Positions 39,798 through 52,717 of a stretch of 64,000 nt of DNA are shown here, piece by piece (position 1 is the first letter of the stretch; each line of letters begins with the position of its first letter). The notes beneath the pieces are model-generated. The model did not search any database. It saw nothing but the letters and a program-made list of their open reading frames with translations, and was not told the DNA's origin. The position numbers and the translations under genes were made by a program. This DNA comes from Kudoa neothunni (taxonomy: Eukaryota; Animalia; Cnidaria), in contig OZ199838.1 of the NCBI GenBank assembly GCA_964304625.1, forward strand, positions 6,497,731 to 6,561,730, in the 5' to 3' direction.

Positions 39798-41092
39798 TTA
39801 ACCAGTGGTACATTGTTGTACATGTGGCCCAGCACCAGGATGTCCACCTTCAAATCTCGGATCCTCGTCATCATCATCTTCATAACCATGTCTATTAGAG
39901 TTTGTATTATTTTTTTGCTGTTGACGCAAAACTTCAGCATCACAATAATGCAACTCAGTCACCACAGCATCCGATGAGAGAGCAGGCTGTTTAGGTGGAT
40001 GCGGCAGGATAGTTTTGAGAATATCCATTTGTTTGGAACTGATTGAAAAGTTTGGTGGAAATTGTATTTCAAATTGAATAATAAGTGCTCCTTTATCAGA
40101 AGGATGATTGGTGCGCGGCATGCCTTCATTGTAAATTAATTTCTGGCTATTTGGTTCGGTGATGCAACCTTCTTCAGTCTTTATGACAAGGGTGCGTTGA
40201 TCAAGGGTTTTGATTTGCCGACAAACGCCAGTCAATGATTCCAACAACGTGATAGTCATTTTGTAAAGAAGATTATCGCCAAGTCGTTCGTATTGACTGT
40301 GACCAACCAAGTCCAGTATGATTACCACATCGCCAGGATCTCCGTTGGGAATGGCGTCACCTTCGCCATGAAGAACGATTTTTTTACCAGTTCTTGAGCC
40401 TTTTTCCCACCACAATTCTAACCACTTTCTTGTCACGCACAACTTTAGCTCCTTTGCAGTCCTTACAACAATCTTCAGGATCAATGGTTTCGCCTGTTCC
40501 GTGACATTTTCTATAGCACAATACCAAATTAAACCATCCTAATGGACACATCAAATTACGCGCATGGTCTTTGTGTCTGCTGCACCATTCCAGGAGATAT
40601 CTGATGTATCATCGTGACAATACCACGGCCTTTACAGTCGGTACACCTAATGTCATGACCTTTCTTGCTTCCTTTGCCGTTACAGGTAAGACAAACACGG
40701 TCGCGATTAATTGCTAATTGTCGTTCTTGCCCGTTGTATAAATTTTCCAATGTAACCTGCAGTTTATGAACCTTGTCTCGACCTTTTGGTCGGTGGAACG
40801 ACGAACGACCGCCGCCAAAAAACATATCAAACAAATCAAAGGGACTATGAGCATTCGCGTTCATTCCACCTTCTTTCAATGCCTGTTCACCACCTTGGTC
40901 GTATAATCGTCGTTTATTCTCATCCGACAATACTTCATAAGCGTACGCTATTTCCTTGAACTTTTCAGCACCATCTGGATTTTTATCCGGATGATATTTG
41001 AGTGCCATCTTACGATAGGCTTTCTTCAGCTCGTTATCACTGCAGTCAGGTTTTACACCCAATATATCATAGAATCCAGTTTCCTTAGGCAT
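39798..41092 (-). CDS. DNAJA1: DnaJ/Hsp40 subfamily A (type I) chaperone; intron 40511-40559; +1 frameshift near 40407
   Basis: J domain with HPD (KYHPDKNP), G/F region, CxxCxGxG zinc repeats, GEGD...PGDV, GMP...KGALIIQF, C-terminal CaaX-like CTTG. Paralog assignment within DNAJA is uncertain. Confidence 0.92.
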
Positions 41093-41178
41093 ACTCAAAC
41101 GAACTTAAAACGACTAACCTCACCAACTGCGCAACCAAAACCCTATCGACAAACCACGCTAGGAATCACTAATCCGAT

Positions 41179-41218
41179 AGAACGTTCGAGAAGCTTCCAG
41201 TAGATTCTCTAGGCTTCC
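41179..41218. promoter_or_regulatory. Heat shock element array upstream of the DnaJ gene
   Basis: aGAAcgTTCgaGAAgcTTCc: four perfect alternating nGAAn units, continued by TTC at 10-bp spacing (41205-41207, 41215-41217), about 90-125 bp upstream of the ATG. Confidence 0.85.
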
Positions 41219-42309
41219 TGGTGTCTGTCTCGATTAAATCAGTTGTTTTAACCGCTGTGTGTGCGAACAAACATCTTTAATTTTTTATCTGTTTTATTCT
41301 TACGAAATTTGGATCTAAAAATGTAGGTTCACAGTGCCATTAATGGTTATACCCGATTCACTTTTCAATCCTCAATTATCCATTGAGTATTTGTGAATGT
41401 GACGCGTCTTAGATTTTTAAGCCATCAAATCTCTTAGTTTTTAAATTAACAGAAATTACTGACAATTCTTGTGACAAAATAATTTTTATATTTATTGGAG
41501 TTGACGAAAACTCGATTATATTCTTATTTCACCACAAATTCATTGCGCTGGCAAATTAATTACTCAATTACGATAGTTGGATTTCTCGGTCCAGCAATCG
41601 AGTTCCATAATTACTTCCGACGGCAATATTCGTTATTTTAATGAGATAAAAAATACAGTGCTAATTTTATGGTCATCAGTTCTCATTAACGAAAAATAAC
41701 AAGTTCTCACAAGATTCTCTGAAATCGATCGATCCCATTTTATTTTAACCTAAACAATATAAATTGATACTATTCAACAATTTGATGTCCTTGGCACATA
41801 TGCAATGAGAAAGTGTCTATTGACACGGCAAAATTTAAGACACTAGCTACTGACACTAAGTTTTTAATCCCAAACAGGCACGTGCCATCAGGGTAGGCAA
41901 GATAGGCAGTGCCTACCCTGTTGAATAAAAATTGGGAAAAAATTAATTCATTTTTTCAAGATTAAATTCCTTTCATCTAAAACTACAATAATTATTTAAA
42001 TATTCTTATAAAACTACAAAAAATTCGAGGTGTTGGTAGCAAAACAGGCACAAGTCGACTCTGCCTTCTAATCGCTACATAAATTCCACGTAAAATTTCG
42101 TGACTAGCACGTGCCCCATCATCTTGCGCATGATTGCGTTTTTAATGACCAACAGTAGGCAGAATTTATACTGCCTATTGTAAGTCACGCGACATATTAA
42201 AATTATCATACGGCGCGCGCATTGTTTATTAGAATAAATTGTTCTGTTTGTTCAATTTTTTCTTAATTTTAATTGAAGGAAATTTTTGAAATAAGATCAT
42301 CTATATGAC

Positions 42310-43353
42310 GACTAAAGTACGGTTCAGTGGAAAAGTTCGCGTAACGTCGTATTATTTCGGCATCGCGCAATCAGAAATGAACTTCTCGCCCTCAGACGTT
42401 GATTCTATTCCTTTAGAAGATCTATTTTTGTTTAAAAATGACATTGAAAAATTTATTGCATTTCTACAAAATATAGGATTAATTCCTAAAGTGAGAGTAT
42501 GCGATAAGTGCCATTCAGAAATTGGGCTCGTTAAGGAAAATGTTCTCGATGGATATAATTTTAGATGCTATGCATGTAAGAAAAGAATATCAATCCGTAA
42601 AGGAGCATTTTTTGAAGGTTCAAAGTTGTCGTTATGGCAAATATTCTTTTTAATGTATTTGGATGTCTTCGACATTCAAATGTCATACGAGACATTGCTA
42701 AAACAGTTAAAAATTGGATCAAGGGAGATTATCATCAATTGGAAGAATTATATTAGAGAAATATATATTGAGTATTTCAATCTCTATAGAGTGCGAATTG
42801 GTGGAGTCGATGAATCCAATATATGCAAACGAAAATACCACAGGGGGAGGGTTCTTGTTAACCAAAATGTCTGGATAGTCGGCGGGGTAGACGAGAATAA
42901 CATATTTCAAGTTTTGACTTAAGTTAGAAATCAGTCAACTCTTGAGGATATATTACCTCTCATGTAACTCGCGGGTCTATAATTTGGACCGACAAATGGC
43001 GCAGGTATAACAGCCTTGAATCTCTGGGATATAAGCATGAGTCAGTGAACCATAGTATACAATTTAAAACAGCTGACGATGTCTATACAAATAAGATAGA
43101 GGCCATCTGGGGCGCTACTAAAAGGAAATTTAGATACATAACCAATAAAACATCAGAATTGATTGGTTCATACCTCGCCTCGTATCAATTTAAGAAGAAA
43201 TTTAAAGAGAATCGTTTTTCTTCTTACACTGAAACAATAAATAGGATTTACTTACGCTAAAAACATGTTTATTTGATTGTTTAATAATGTCTTTTTTTTA
43301 CGTCGAAATAATACGAAGTTGCGCTAACTTTTCCACTGAACCGTACTTTAGCC
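42310..43353 (+). mobile_element. Merlin (IS1016/ISXO2-like) DNA transposon, decayed
   Basis: About 47-bp TIRs (G[A/G]CTAAAGTACGGTTCAGTGGAAAAGTT). Perfect 9-bp TSD CTATATGAC (42301-42309, 43354-43362). Transposase fragments with CxxC...CxxC, SIRKGAFFE, VDESNICKRKYHRGR, IWTDKWRRY, TNKIEAIWG. Confidence 0.92.
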
Positions 43354-43719
43354 CTATATGACAACTATGCTGGGAATACCACCCAAAGTTCATACTAATT
43401 ATTGCCCAACTTGTCATATAAGAGCGCACGCCTCGGTTAATCTTACTTCATCTTTTCAAATACGGATAGCGTATATCTTAAAGAGTTTTCAAAATTTCCG
43501 TATGAAGATAAATTACAAATTATTAGAAATGGTAGACCGACTCTTGATCTTAAAGAACTTAAACAATTGAAAGGGAAGACAATTATCAGGACGTTTAATA
43601 CTTCGAGGTATGTGAAAAAAGTGTGGTTATGTGGGTGTGCTGCAACAATAAGGCTTATTTTCCTTCCTGTGTTCGCTTTTTTCAGTGACTAGTGAAAGTA
43701 CGCGGGTCAAAGAAGGATA

Positions 43720-45626
43720 CAGTAGTGTATGGGAGCAACGCAGAAATTGGGAAGAGGAAAACCACTGCGTTGCACACATTACAATAACGAATGCGTTTAA
43801 GAAAAATAATACTTTCCATTGATAATATAATTAATAATAAAATAACTTGAAAATAAACTGGTCTAGTTTTTCTTGTTAAAATACTGTTCTATATTTCTGG
43901 TTTTAAAATAGCTGTTCAAATATTGGGTCATAGCCATTTCGAATTAAGTTATGTTGCCAATCATTGACGGAATTTTAATCCGAAAGAATTTTCTAACTTT
44001 TGCTAGTGACTTTAGTGCTTCTTGATTTGATATAACAATTCGGTCAATATCATTAGAGTCATCATCGTCATCCTTGTCGAAATCAGGCGAATCTAGTGTC
44101 GTCACGATTTTAGAGTTGCCGACCGTGTCGCTTTCAAGAGTTTCTTTGGTGATACTTTCTTCCGTAGATTTTTTTGCGACTTTTAATGACTCCCCTTCTT
44201 CTAACAGCTCAATTATGTCATCATTAAGTGGATCATCATCAGGAACATCCTTAGAATCATCATTTCGTGGACGTTCAGAGAGGAAAAATGATTTTCTAAA
44301 ACAGTTGACTATGGTTTCACTTTTAACATATTCCCATGATTTGATTGTTAAATGAATAAAATCTAACACATTAGGTACAGTGTAGCCATTATCCCGAAAT
44401 TCGATCTGATTTATGAGTGACGTCATTAGATTTCTTTTGTATATCATTTTAAAACTTCTAATAATCCCTTGATCCAGTGGCTGAAGTACATTGGTTGTGT
44501 TCGGAGGGAAGTGTCAGAGTGTACTGTTAGACAAAGTAATGTTTGTATGGGCTGGGCAATTGTCAAGGAATAATAAACTTTTCTCTTAGAGACGGTAAGT
44601 TGTCTGTTCCATTTCGCAAGAGAAGACAAAAATTGAACTGGTCATCCAGGCTTTTTTATTAGCGTGGTATTCCAGTGGCAAATCTTTGAGACCATTGAAG
44701 CATCTTGTCTTGCTGTACTTCCCTATAACCAAAGGAGGGAGTTTTTCGCCAGTCGTTGAGCACACGAATAAAATTGAAGTCTTTATTTAGACTGTTTGCA
44801 TCCATTTTTATTTTTTTCGTTTGCGAAAACATAACCACGATCTAATAAAATACTTCAATCAATCAAACATCTTAATAATTATTAACTTCGTTTTATTACA
44901 TAAAATAGCCCAGTTTCGTCTGCATTATATATATCAGGGGGATTCCATGAATCAATTATGTCGCTTAAGTGACATTTCCAATCATCAGTGATTATATTAT
45001 CTACGCAACTAGATTCCCCGTGTAATTTATTGTGTTTAAGGTTATATTGATTGATAACACCTTGAAACCAACCAGAAGATAACTGTACATTATTACCGGA
45101 TGGAACTAAGAATTCGTTAGCTTTGGATATTATATCGTCTCGTGATAATTCCAACTTATTGACTCTCATAACTTCTATACAATCGCGAACTTTCTCGTCT
45201 ATCGAAGAAAATTTACCACACTTAAGGGTTTTTCTATTTTTCGAAACATCACCATAATTGTAGGTTTTTAATATATCTTCTTTTTTGAGTATAGTATTCA
45301 AAGATGATCTTGATATTATGCCAAATTTGTTCATGGTTTGGAGCTTAACATTTTTGTTATGTGATATAAATTCGTAAAGCTTTATTATTTCGAGCTTTTT
45401 TAGTAAGGTTAAATGATTTAGTTTGAATAAAATTGGCGCTCGAGCCATTTTTGCGTTAGATCCATACATTAAGTTTTCAACCGTAATACTTTATATAAAA
45501 CTAATTTTTTGGGACATAATTATCTAATTTATTTTTTAAATCGGAACTCAGAGAAAATATGAGATAAAAATGTAAATTTTTAAAAATTGCGTTGGAGCCA
45601 TATTGGGCACGACCTACACACTACTG
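43720..45626 (-). mobile_element. pogo/Tigger DNA transposon, decayed
   Basis: TA|CAGTAGTGT...ACACTACTG|TA termini. CENP-B-type HTH (SSGWFQ) and DDD motifs YNADETGLFY, LDNCPAH, LQPLDQGII spread over broken ORFs 44882-45469, 44444-44629 and 43944-44447. Confidence 0.88.
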
Positions 45627-47354
45627 TATTTTGACTTAAATAATTCGCCAATCGCTTTAAATAAACATGAATGATCCGCAGCACACTATCAAAGTCAAGT
45701 TTCCTGGAAAACATTTGGATCTGTACGAGTAGATTTTCTCCTTGATAAGCAGAAAAATATTTCAATTGAACTTCACAATAAAAATGTTCAGGAAAACAGA
45801 AAGATATTGAAAACTTTGATCCGTGCATTTTGCTTTTTGATTAAACAAGAACTTACTTTTTGCGGCGATAATGCACATAAACTGTCTTTAAATCGGGGTA
45901 ATTGTTTGGAGTTGTTGAATTATACCGCAAAATCTAACGAAAAATTATCATATCATTTACAGAATTCATCGTTTTTCTCTGGTATTTCCAACAGGATTCA
46001 AAATGATCTGACTGAGGCTATTAAATGTGGTTTTGGAGAATAATATTAAAGAGGAATTAGCATAGGCTCCGTTCGTTGCGATACAATTGGATGAGACGAC
46101 CGATATCTCATGCACATCTCAACGTTAGACAATATTAAGATACGTATTAAGATCGAAAATTAAGGATGTTCTCATTGGATTTGTCACTCTTCGTGAAAGA
46201 ACAGCGGGTGGTGTAACGGAATGTGTATTTAAAAACATATATAAATGCAACATTGAAGAGGAATTAATCGCGAAAACGTATAATGGAGCGATAGTTATGG
46301 CCTCCCACTTAAATGAAATTCGGTCGAAAGTTAGACAAAAGATATCGACCGCGCTGTTTACTCACTGTTATGCCCGTAAGTTAAATCTTGTGTTGTCATA
46401 ATCGGCCAAATTTATTCCTGATTGTACGAGCTTTTTCAAGACTAATGAAGCACTTTCCTCTTTATTCAAAAATTCAACTAAACGGGTCCAATTTCTTGAT
46501 GAGATTGTGCGGAGACGCATTCTAACAGCAGCGGCAACGAGATAAAATTCAAATTTAAACTTAGTGCAGATGATATTAGAATACCACGGTGATCTTTTCA
46601 AACTTTTCTACAATATAAACAGCAATCCTTCATTTTGGGATTCAGAAACTACTTTGAAGTAATGGACTTTACAATTGGCTACAAAATGACTCAACGTACT
46701 TTTTACTGATAATATGTAATGAAATTTTCGTGTTAACTGACGCGCTCTTCAATATATTGCAGACGAAAATGATAGACATTGCATATTGTATCGAAAGAAT
46801 TGAATCAATGTTACAGTAATAAAACTTGAGGATATGCACACAAAATTTGAGTTATTGTATTATAATTTCGAAAAATATTGTCAAGAAGAAAATAACTTAA
46901 TTAGATGCATTCTTCGCTCTCAATATGACCCAAAAAATGAAAGAGCGAGATTATTTGGTACAATCGTCAATGATTAATGAAGAATCTGAGAGCGAGATTT
47001 AATGATTTCGAAAATCTCAAGGTTATTCCATTGATTAGTAGAAATAACTTTGAAAATTTATCATGCCAAATTACACGAGTGCCCTTGAAAGTCTAAAAAG
47101 GAATTATGAAAAATTTTTTGACACTTTAAAACCGAAACCTCGTTACGAGTAATTTATACGCATGTGCAATGGTTGAAGGTTAATGCAATTCTTCTTTTTT
47201 TCACTAAAGAATAACTTTACGTTTCATTAAACTTGAAATATTACACAAAAAACATATCTGTCCTAATAAATGTGTTTGGAAATGATAGTAAGAGTAGAAA
47301 ACGTGATATTAATACGTAAATTTTGATAAAAGATTTTAGAATAAAAATAAGATA

Positions 47355-48747
47355 TTATGTAGATAAAATATATTTTAATACATCTGTGAATTCAAAGAAA
47401 GAATATTGCAAAAAATGAAGGAGATATTCGTTACCGTGAAAATAGTCACTGCCTACATTCAACCCGGTTGTCGGTGAGGTTTTCAAACATCCTCTCATAG
47501 CTTCGAAGCCCTGTGACCCATTCGTGTTTGATGGGGACCCAGTTGTTGGCGAAATATCGACAAACATTTAAGTCAACGCTTTCCTTCAGGGTTTTTTCTC
47601 TCATTGTATTCATTTATATTTTTCGAGTAGGAAATTTGTTGTAAAATTTTAATGGCCAGACCTTTCTCCTGTTTGCTAATATTTATTCACTTGGTTTTAA
47701 TTTCTCGCTCGCATGATTTCAGCACAGGATATTAACACATGTGGACGCTGGAATTAGGAAATACTTGTTTTATAATTTTCCTCTCCACAATGTCTTTGTC
47801 AGTCAGGAATACCTTGGTTTTTGTTTTCACCGTTGGATTGTGTTTCTTCATTATTAAAAAGAACCAAGAAATAACTTCTTCGGTCTGCTCAACCAAGACT
47901 CCAACTGCGACTACCTCAGTGGTTCCTTTAGCATCCATAATGGAGACAAAATATACCGGGGCTCTGAAGTTTAACAGTTTATATGTAGCCTCCATAAAAA
48001 TTATTTCTGGATATGCCTGAAGTGTTTTATTCATCCGTGAGTCTTGAAAAAATAGGCTCTTGAACTCTTTGTTGTTTTCCAATATCTCTATACATCTTAT
48101 TTTATTTCAATGTTTTAAAATTCAAGGCTCTTTGTATGTGATTTAAAAGAGTATTTCACGTTAGACAGTTTTTTCATCGAAACAAACTTCCCCTTTACTC
48201 GTAATATTTTTTCTTGGATTACTTTGGAATTTCCGTTAACTTGAACAAATTGAGCGATAAGGTCATTTTCTTCCTTTGATATTTCATTCGTACTGTCCAA
48301 AAATTGTGATAAAGAGTTCAAAGAATCATGGTTATGAGATAAGTCAAGGGATTTTAACACGAATTTTTTTCCATTGGCGATGACTGAAAATTTAAGAAAC
48401 ATTGGACATGCTTTGTAGTAATAATTCGAATTTCTTTTACCAGCGGATCGCATTCTCTAAAATAATTACAATATGTTTGCGAATTTTTATGCATGTACAA
48501 AATTTAATTAAATTTTTAAAGAAATTACGTTTTTTCCGCCATGAACACGGCAGTATTTTATATGAAAATTCGTAAGTATTGGATTTAACGTTTTATCACT
48601 TCGCTTCTGGGCTGTTTCGATGATTTTAGAGTTATATATGGATAAACTGTTCATGGAGTTTTGTTCGTATTCTTCTATTTTCAACTCTAGTTTTTCAAAA
48701 CTGATATACATATTTCCGATTTGGAAAGTCATATTAAGTTCAATCAA
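47355..48747 (-). mobile_element. Degenerate MULE (ZSWIM3/FAR1-like) transposase
   Basis: FQIGNMYISFEKLE...KYCRVHGG; CPMFLKF...HNH; YPEIIFMEATYKL...FLTDKDIVERKIIKQVFPNSSVHMC. Broken into several ORFs. Confidence 0.8.
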
Positions 48748-49216
48748 GCTTACTTCGTAAACACGCGCGTAGGATTAAAATAAAAATTTTTCTTTTATTA
48801 TAACCAAATATCTTTAAATATAACAACTCCATACTTTACGTTTTTGGTGTTCTTGTGGAAAACCTTACATTTTTTTACAAAAAAATTAAAACTATTACAA
48901 TAAAAAATTTAATTACTTAGATAATTTCAAGTTAAATTAGAACTAGAAATGTTCATTTGAATAAATAAACAACTCATAAACTCAATAAAAAGACTTTGTA
49001 CGAGTCATTTAATCGAAACCATGTTACATTATACAGAATATTTTTATCCGATATGCTCGGACAACAAAATCAAGTAAACAATTTCAAGTTGTTTTATATC
49101 AGACAAAGATTTATTATAATAAAAAGCTCAAAAATTAAATAAAACAATTTTTTCGGGCCAATAGGCATTGCCTTAAATTTTATTTGTATTTTATTGAAAT
49201 CACGTGTCGATAAATG

Positions 49217-51383
49217 TTCAATTATCCGAAATTTCGGTAACCGGAACAATTATTTAATCATAATTCCGGATAGAGGTACCGCCCATTATCGTACGACACA
49301 TATAATATAGCATATATACCAATGAAATATTTAAAACAAAAATATTTCTAGGTTTCTTATTTATAAATTTTTCTTTTAAAATTTCGTGAAATATTCGGTT
49401 CTTACATAAATTTTTACTATATCCGAACATACGTCCGTATGTATTTAAACAGAAATTAATTGATGATCACTTAAAAAAAATAGATTAATCCCTTTTAGAC
49501 ATGTTTTTCTCCCATAATTATATACTGTTTTTTCTTTTAAGACTCCATATTCTCCGATAATAGATATTTCAATATTTTTAATTTAAATTGCAGAAGTTAA
49601 ATTATTTTACCCAATAAAGAGTAAAAATCAGTTATGAATCAAGTAAACAACACTTTAACACCGCACTGTGTCGACAATTTTCGGTTTAAATGTATTTGGG
49701 GTCATTTTTCACCCTAGGATAGGAATAGCAGTTTTACGAATAAAGCACTTCATCATCATCATCAACAACGACGAAAATAATATAATTTGTAAAATATAAT
49801 GATCTAAGTATAATTTTGGATGCAATTTTCACAAAATATTGGTATATGAAGGTTAAACATAGGTTTCATGCAATTTTAATGGCAAGTTGAACGTTTGTTA
49901 TTATGCTCTCTTGGGAAAATAGAACATGTTATTCTTTAATTTAAATATCACTTTCGCGCAATTTGATTCTGATTGGCTACGTTGTCAATGCCGTATTCAT
50001 TTGAAATTTATTCAATGATACTAACATATTTGCTTCTTGTTCAGGGATGGACAGTTATATTTCGGGGGTGGGGGCGGGCGGATTTTCATAAAAGAATTTA
50101 ATATAAGTTGAATTGAATCTTAAATAAAATTTAATAAAAAATATAAATTTGATTTTTTGAGTACTGCACAGATATGGTGATAATTATGGCAAACAGCGTT
50201 GGGCCAGTATGTAAAAATAAATACATTTCAACCAAATCTTTATTAAAAACAAGGCATTCGTTATCAATTTTCCGCTTTTCAGTATCCGTTGTGGTAGAAA
50301 TTAAACATCTTGTGAAGGAATTACATGTTTAATTGGTTTAGCAATTCTCTTTGTAAGTATAGTAGAAAGATGCAAAACATGTTCCGAACTTGATTTTTCT
50401 CAAACAAATTAATAAATTAAATGACTCATTTTTAATAGATTTTTGTATAGATTATTGAATTAGGTAGTTTGTAGCGAATAAATTTTATTATTTAAAGTAT
50501 TGCTAATCTGTTTATAATCAGCGCCATCCCCAAAAATATAAATAAGGAAGTTTCCTTCTACATTTTATTTATTTTTTAGTTTGCATAAGTTGTGTGACTC
50601 CGAATATTTCTGTTTATTCATGTTTTATTCCTTCATATTTTCTAAATATTGTTAGCCACATTTAATAATTATTCATGTTTCTAATTGCAAGGCTAATGTA
50701 AACAGTTATTAAACTTGAGTATAAAAAAATATGACGACTTAACATTTACGGATGAATTAATATTAGTATGACTTTTAAAATACCTCAGAGAGGAACTAAA
50801 TCCCAAATCTATCACAAATGGATGAATTCTATAGTAAACATGCTATCGCTCCGGATGGCCGGATGGAACATTATGGGTAAGATCCGGCCCACGGACCGTG
50901 TTATGCCTACCGCTGTTCAGAATCCTTCGAGAATACCTCAGAAGGGTTTAAAACGTTGTAAAGATTTTAATATCAATGATAATGTTTAAATTTATTTATT
51001 ATGTCAAATTGTTAATGTTATAACATAATTATTTATTCTGGGATCAAAATGATCCCTAACTCATTTAAAGGTGAATTTATGTTAATACGTGAATAAAAAC
51101 GGAATGAGTTAAAACATAACAGCAATACTTTAGCACGTAAAATGACATATATAGAGGTGAATTTACAACGATAAATTTGAGTTTTTAATGTTGAACAATA
51201 TAGCTTTTAAGAAGTGAACTTTTCTCTGGGGTCATTTTTAACCCCAAACTCAGTATGAGTGTTAAGTAGAAATCTCAAAAATGCCCGCAAACGAAATATT
51301 ATTTATGTTTGATTAACCGGAACCTTGCTATTTGGAAGGAAAATCGCTGACCCAAAATTTTCGCGATAATCGAGGCTCGACTG
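49217..51383. mobile_element. Possible pogo-type MITE enclosing a piggyBac MITE
   Basis: Clear right end cgcgataatcgaggctcgactg|TA (51383). Degenerate matching left segment ttcaattatccgaaatttcggtaacc near 49217. Confidence 0.4.
49659..51261. mobile_element. Non-autonomous piggyBac-type element
   Basis: TTAA flanks (49655-49658, 51262-51265). CAC...GTG termini. GGGGTCATTTT..CCC internal palindromes with asymmetric spacing, plus an extra copy near 51040. Confidence 0.55.
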
Positions 51384-51706
51384 TACTTAGTTAAATACGA
51401 ATAGAATGTAGAAAATTAGATTCTATGCAACAGCATTGTTAAAAAATTTCAACTACAATATAATTAAAATTATATAATTAAACAGCAAAATCTAACAAAA
51501 TAAATCTCTCGATAGCTTGTGAATAGGAGTTGATGAGATTAAAAATTGTCATTATGTCATAGTACATGCCTTTTAGGACCAAAATTTCCCCCTCAAATAA
51601 TCTCTGCAATAGCCAAACCAATATAAGACCTTAAAGTAAATATGAATTTGGTATCCAAGTTTAAGGTGTAAATCTGGAAAAATCATTGAGAACTACGGCC
51701 CTAGAT

Positions 51707-52393
51707 CGGTGATTCCCAACATGAGACCCTCGTCCCACCGCTCGCTGGGACGTGAAAAAATTTCGGTGGGTGTGAAATTTTTAAAAGATTAATGAGCCGT
51801 TCTGATGGAACATGGAAATTCCTGAGTATTGTTGTGACACAGATAATGGTGAGATAATTGGGAAGTATATGATATACTTTGAAGTCAATATGGCGGTTTT
51901 CGATATCACTTATTTTGAAATGACGATTAACATCATAAAAAACAAAAAGCAATGACTAATTATGCAAAAATTAATAATAATATTTATCGTATTCTTCACC
52001 CGAATAAAATTAGAATGGTTTGATTTGATTCTTGTCTCATGTAAAATCGTATATCCTTTCATTGATTAACTCTAATATAATATTGTTTAATTTCGTATTA
52101 ATATTATTAATTTTCCGTTTATTAGCCCCGTATACACTTGGTGTTTCCTAATGAAGGTTGGATTACCACGAGTTTCATTTGACGCTGTTTTCGACGGAAT
52201 GAAGAACAAAGATGTTAATTTTTATGGTCCATCTTTAAATTAAGTTAAATTTGATCGAATTCATTCTAATTTTAATGAAAAAAGAAGTTCATATTAATTT
52301 ATTTCAAATCAAATGTTATAGGGAATCATATTCAAAGATATGAACAGTTTTAGTTAAAAAAATCAATACTTTTGAGAAGATTGGGAAACACTG
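51707..52393 (+). mobile_element. hAT MITE, copy A
   Basis: TIRs cggtgattcccaa / ttgggaaacactg. 8-bp TSD ccctagat / ccctagac (7 of 8 match). Confidence 0.75.
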
Positions 52394-52717
52394 CCCTAGA
52401 CTAACCTTATATTTACCATTAAAAAACCTTATCAAAATTGTAAAAATTTACAACCATTGCTATTTCGAAAACCGAAACTAGATGGCACAATTTATATCTC
52501 CATTGTCTACCATATTATGCCCAAATTATCGGATTATCTCATTATGCATATCAAAACGCCAAACATTACTGACCTAATTCGTACTTAGATTTTTAATTCT
52601 ATACTCAATCACAAATCTGATGCATATATTCATTAGGTAGCACACAAGAAGTACAAATCAAAACAAACAACCACATAGTGAACGAATAGGGATTTAAAAT
52701 TTAAATTGATAGCATGA

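Larger units (their letters stand above)
41875..47165 (+). mobile_element. Degenerate hAT (ZMYM1/Tip100-like) transposon interrupted by Merlin and pogo insertions; 3' end not found
   Basis: 5' end CAGGCACGTGCC with an 11-bp subterminal hairpin (cagggtaggca/tgcctaccctg). Pseudo-ORF pieces: GRPT..RTFNTSRY..WLCGC..KEGY | FDLNN..LNKHE; QELTFCG..NRGNCLELL; SNRIQNDL; AIQLDETTDIS; HCYARKLNLV. Confidence 0.8.

Noticed and set aside
42305-42376. N-terminal extension of the Merlin ORF (MTTKVRF...) and ORF 43358-43570 (MTTML...)
   Set aside because: Both ATGs come from the duplicated target site CTATATGAC and are not genuine starts.
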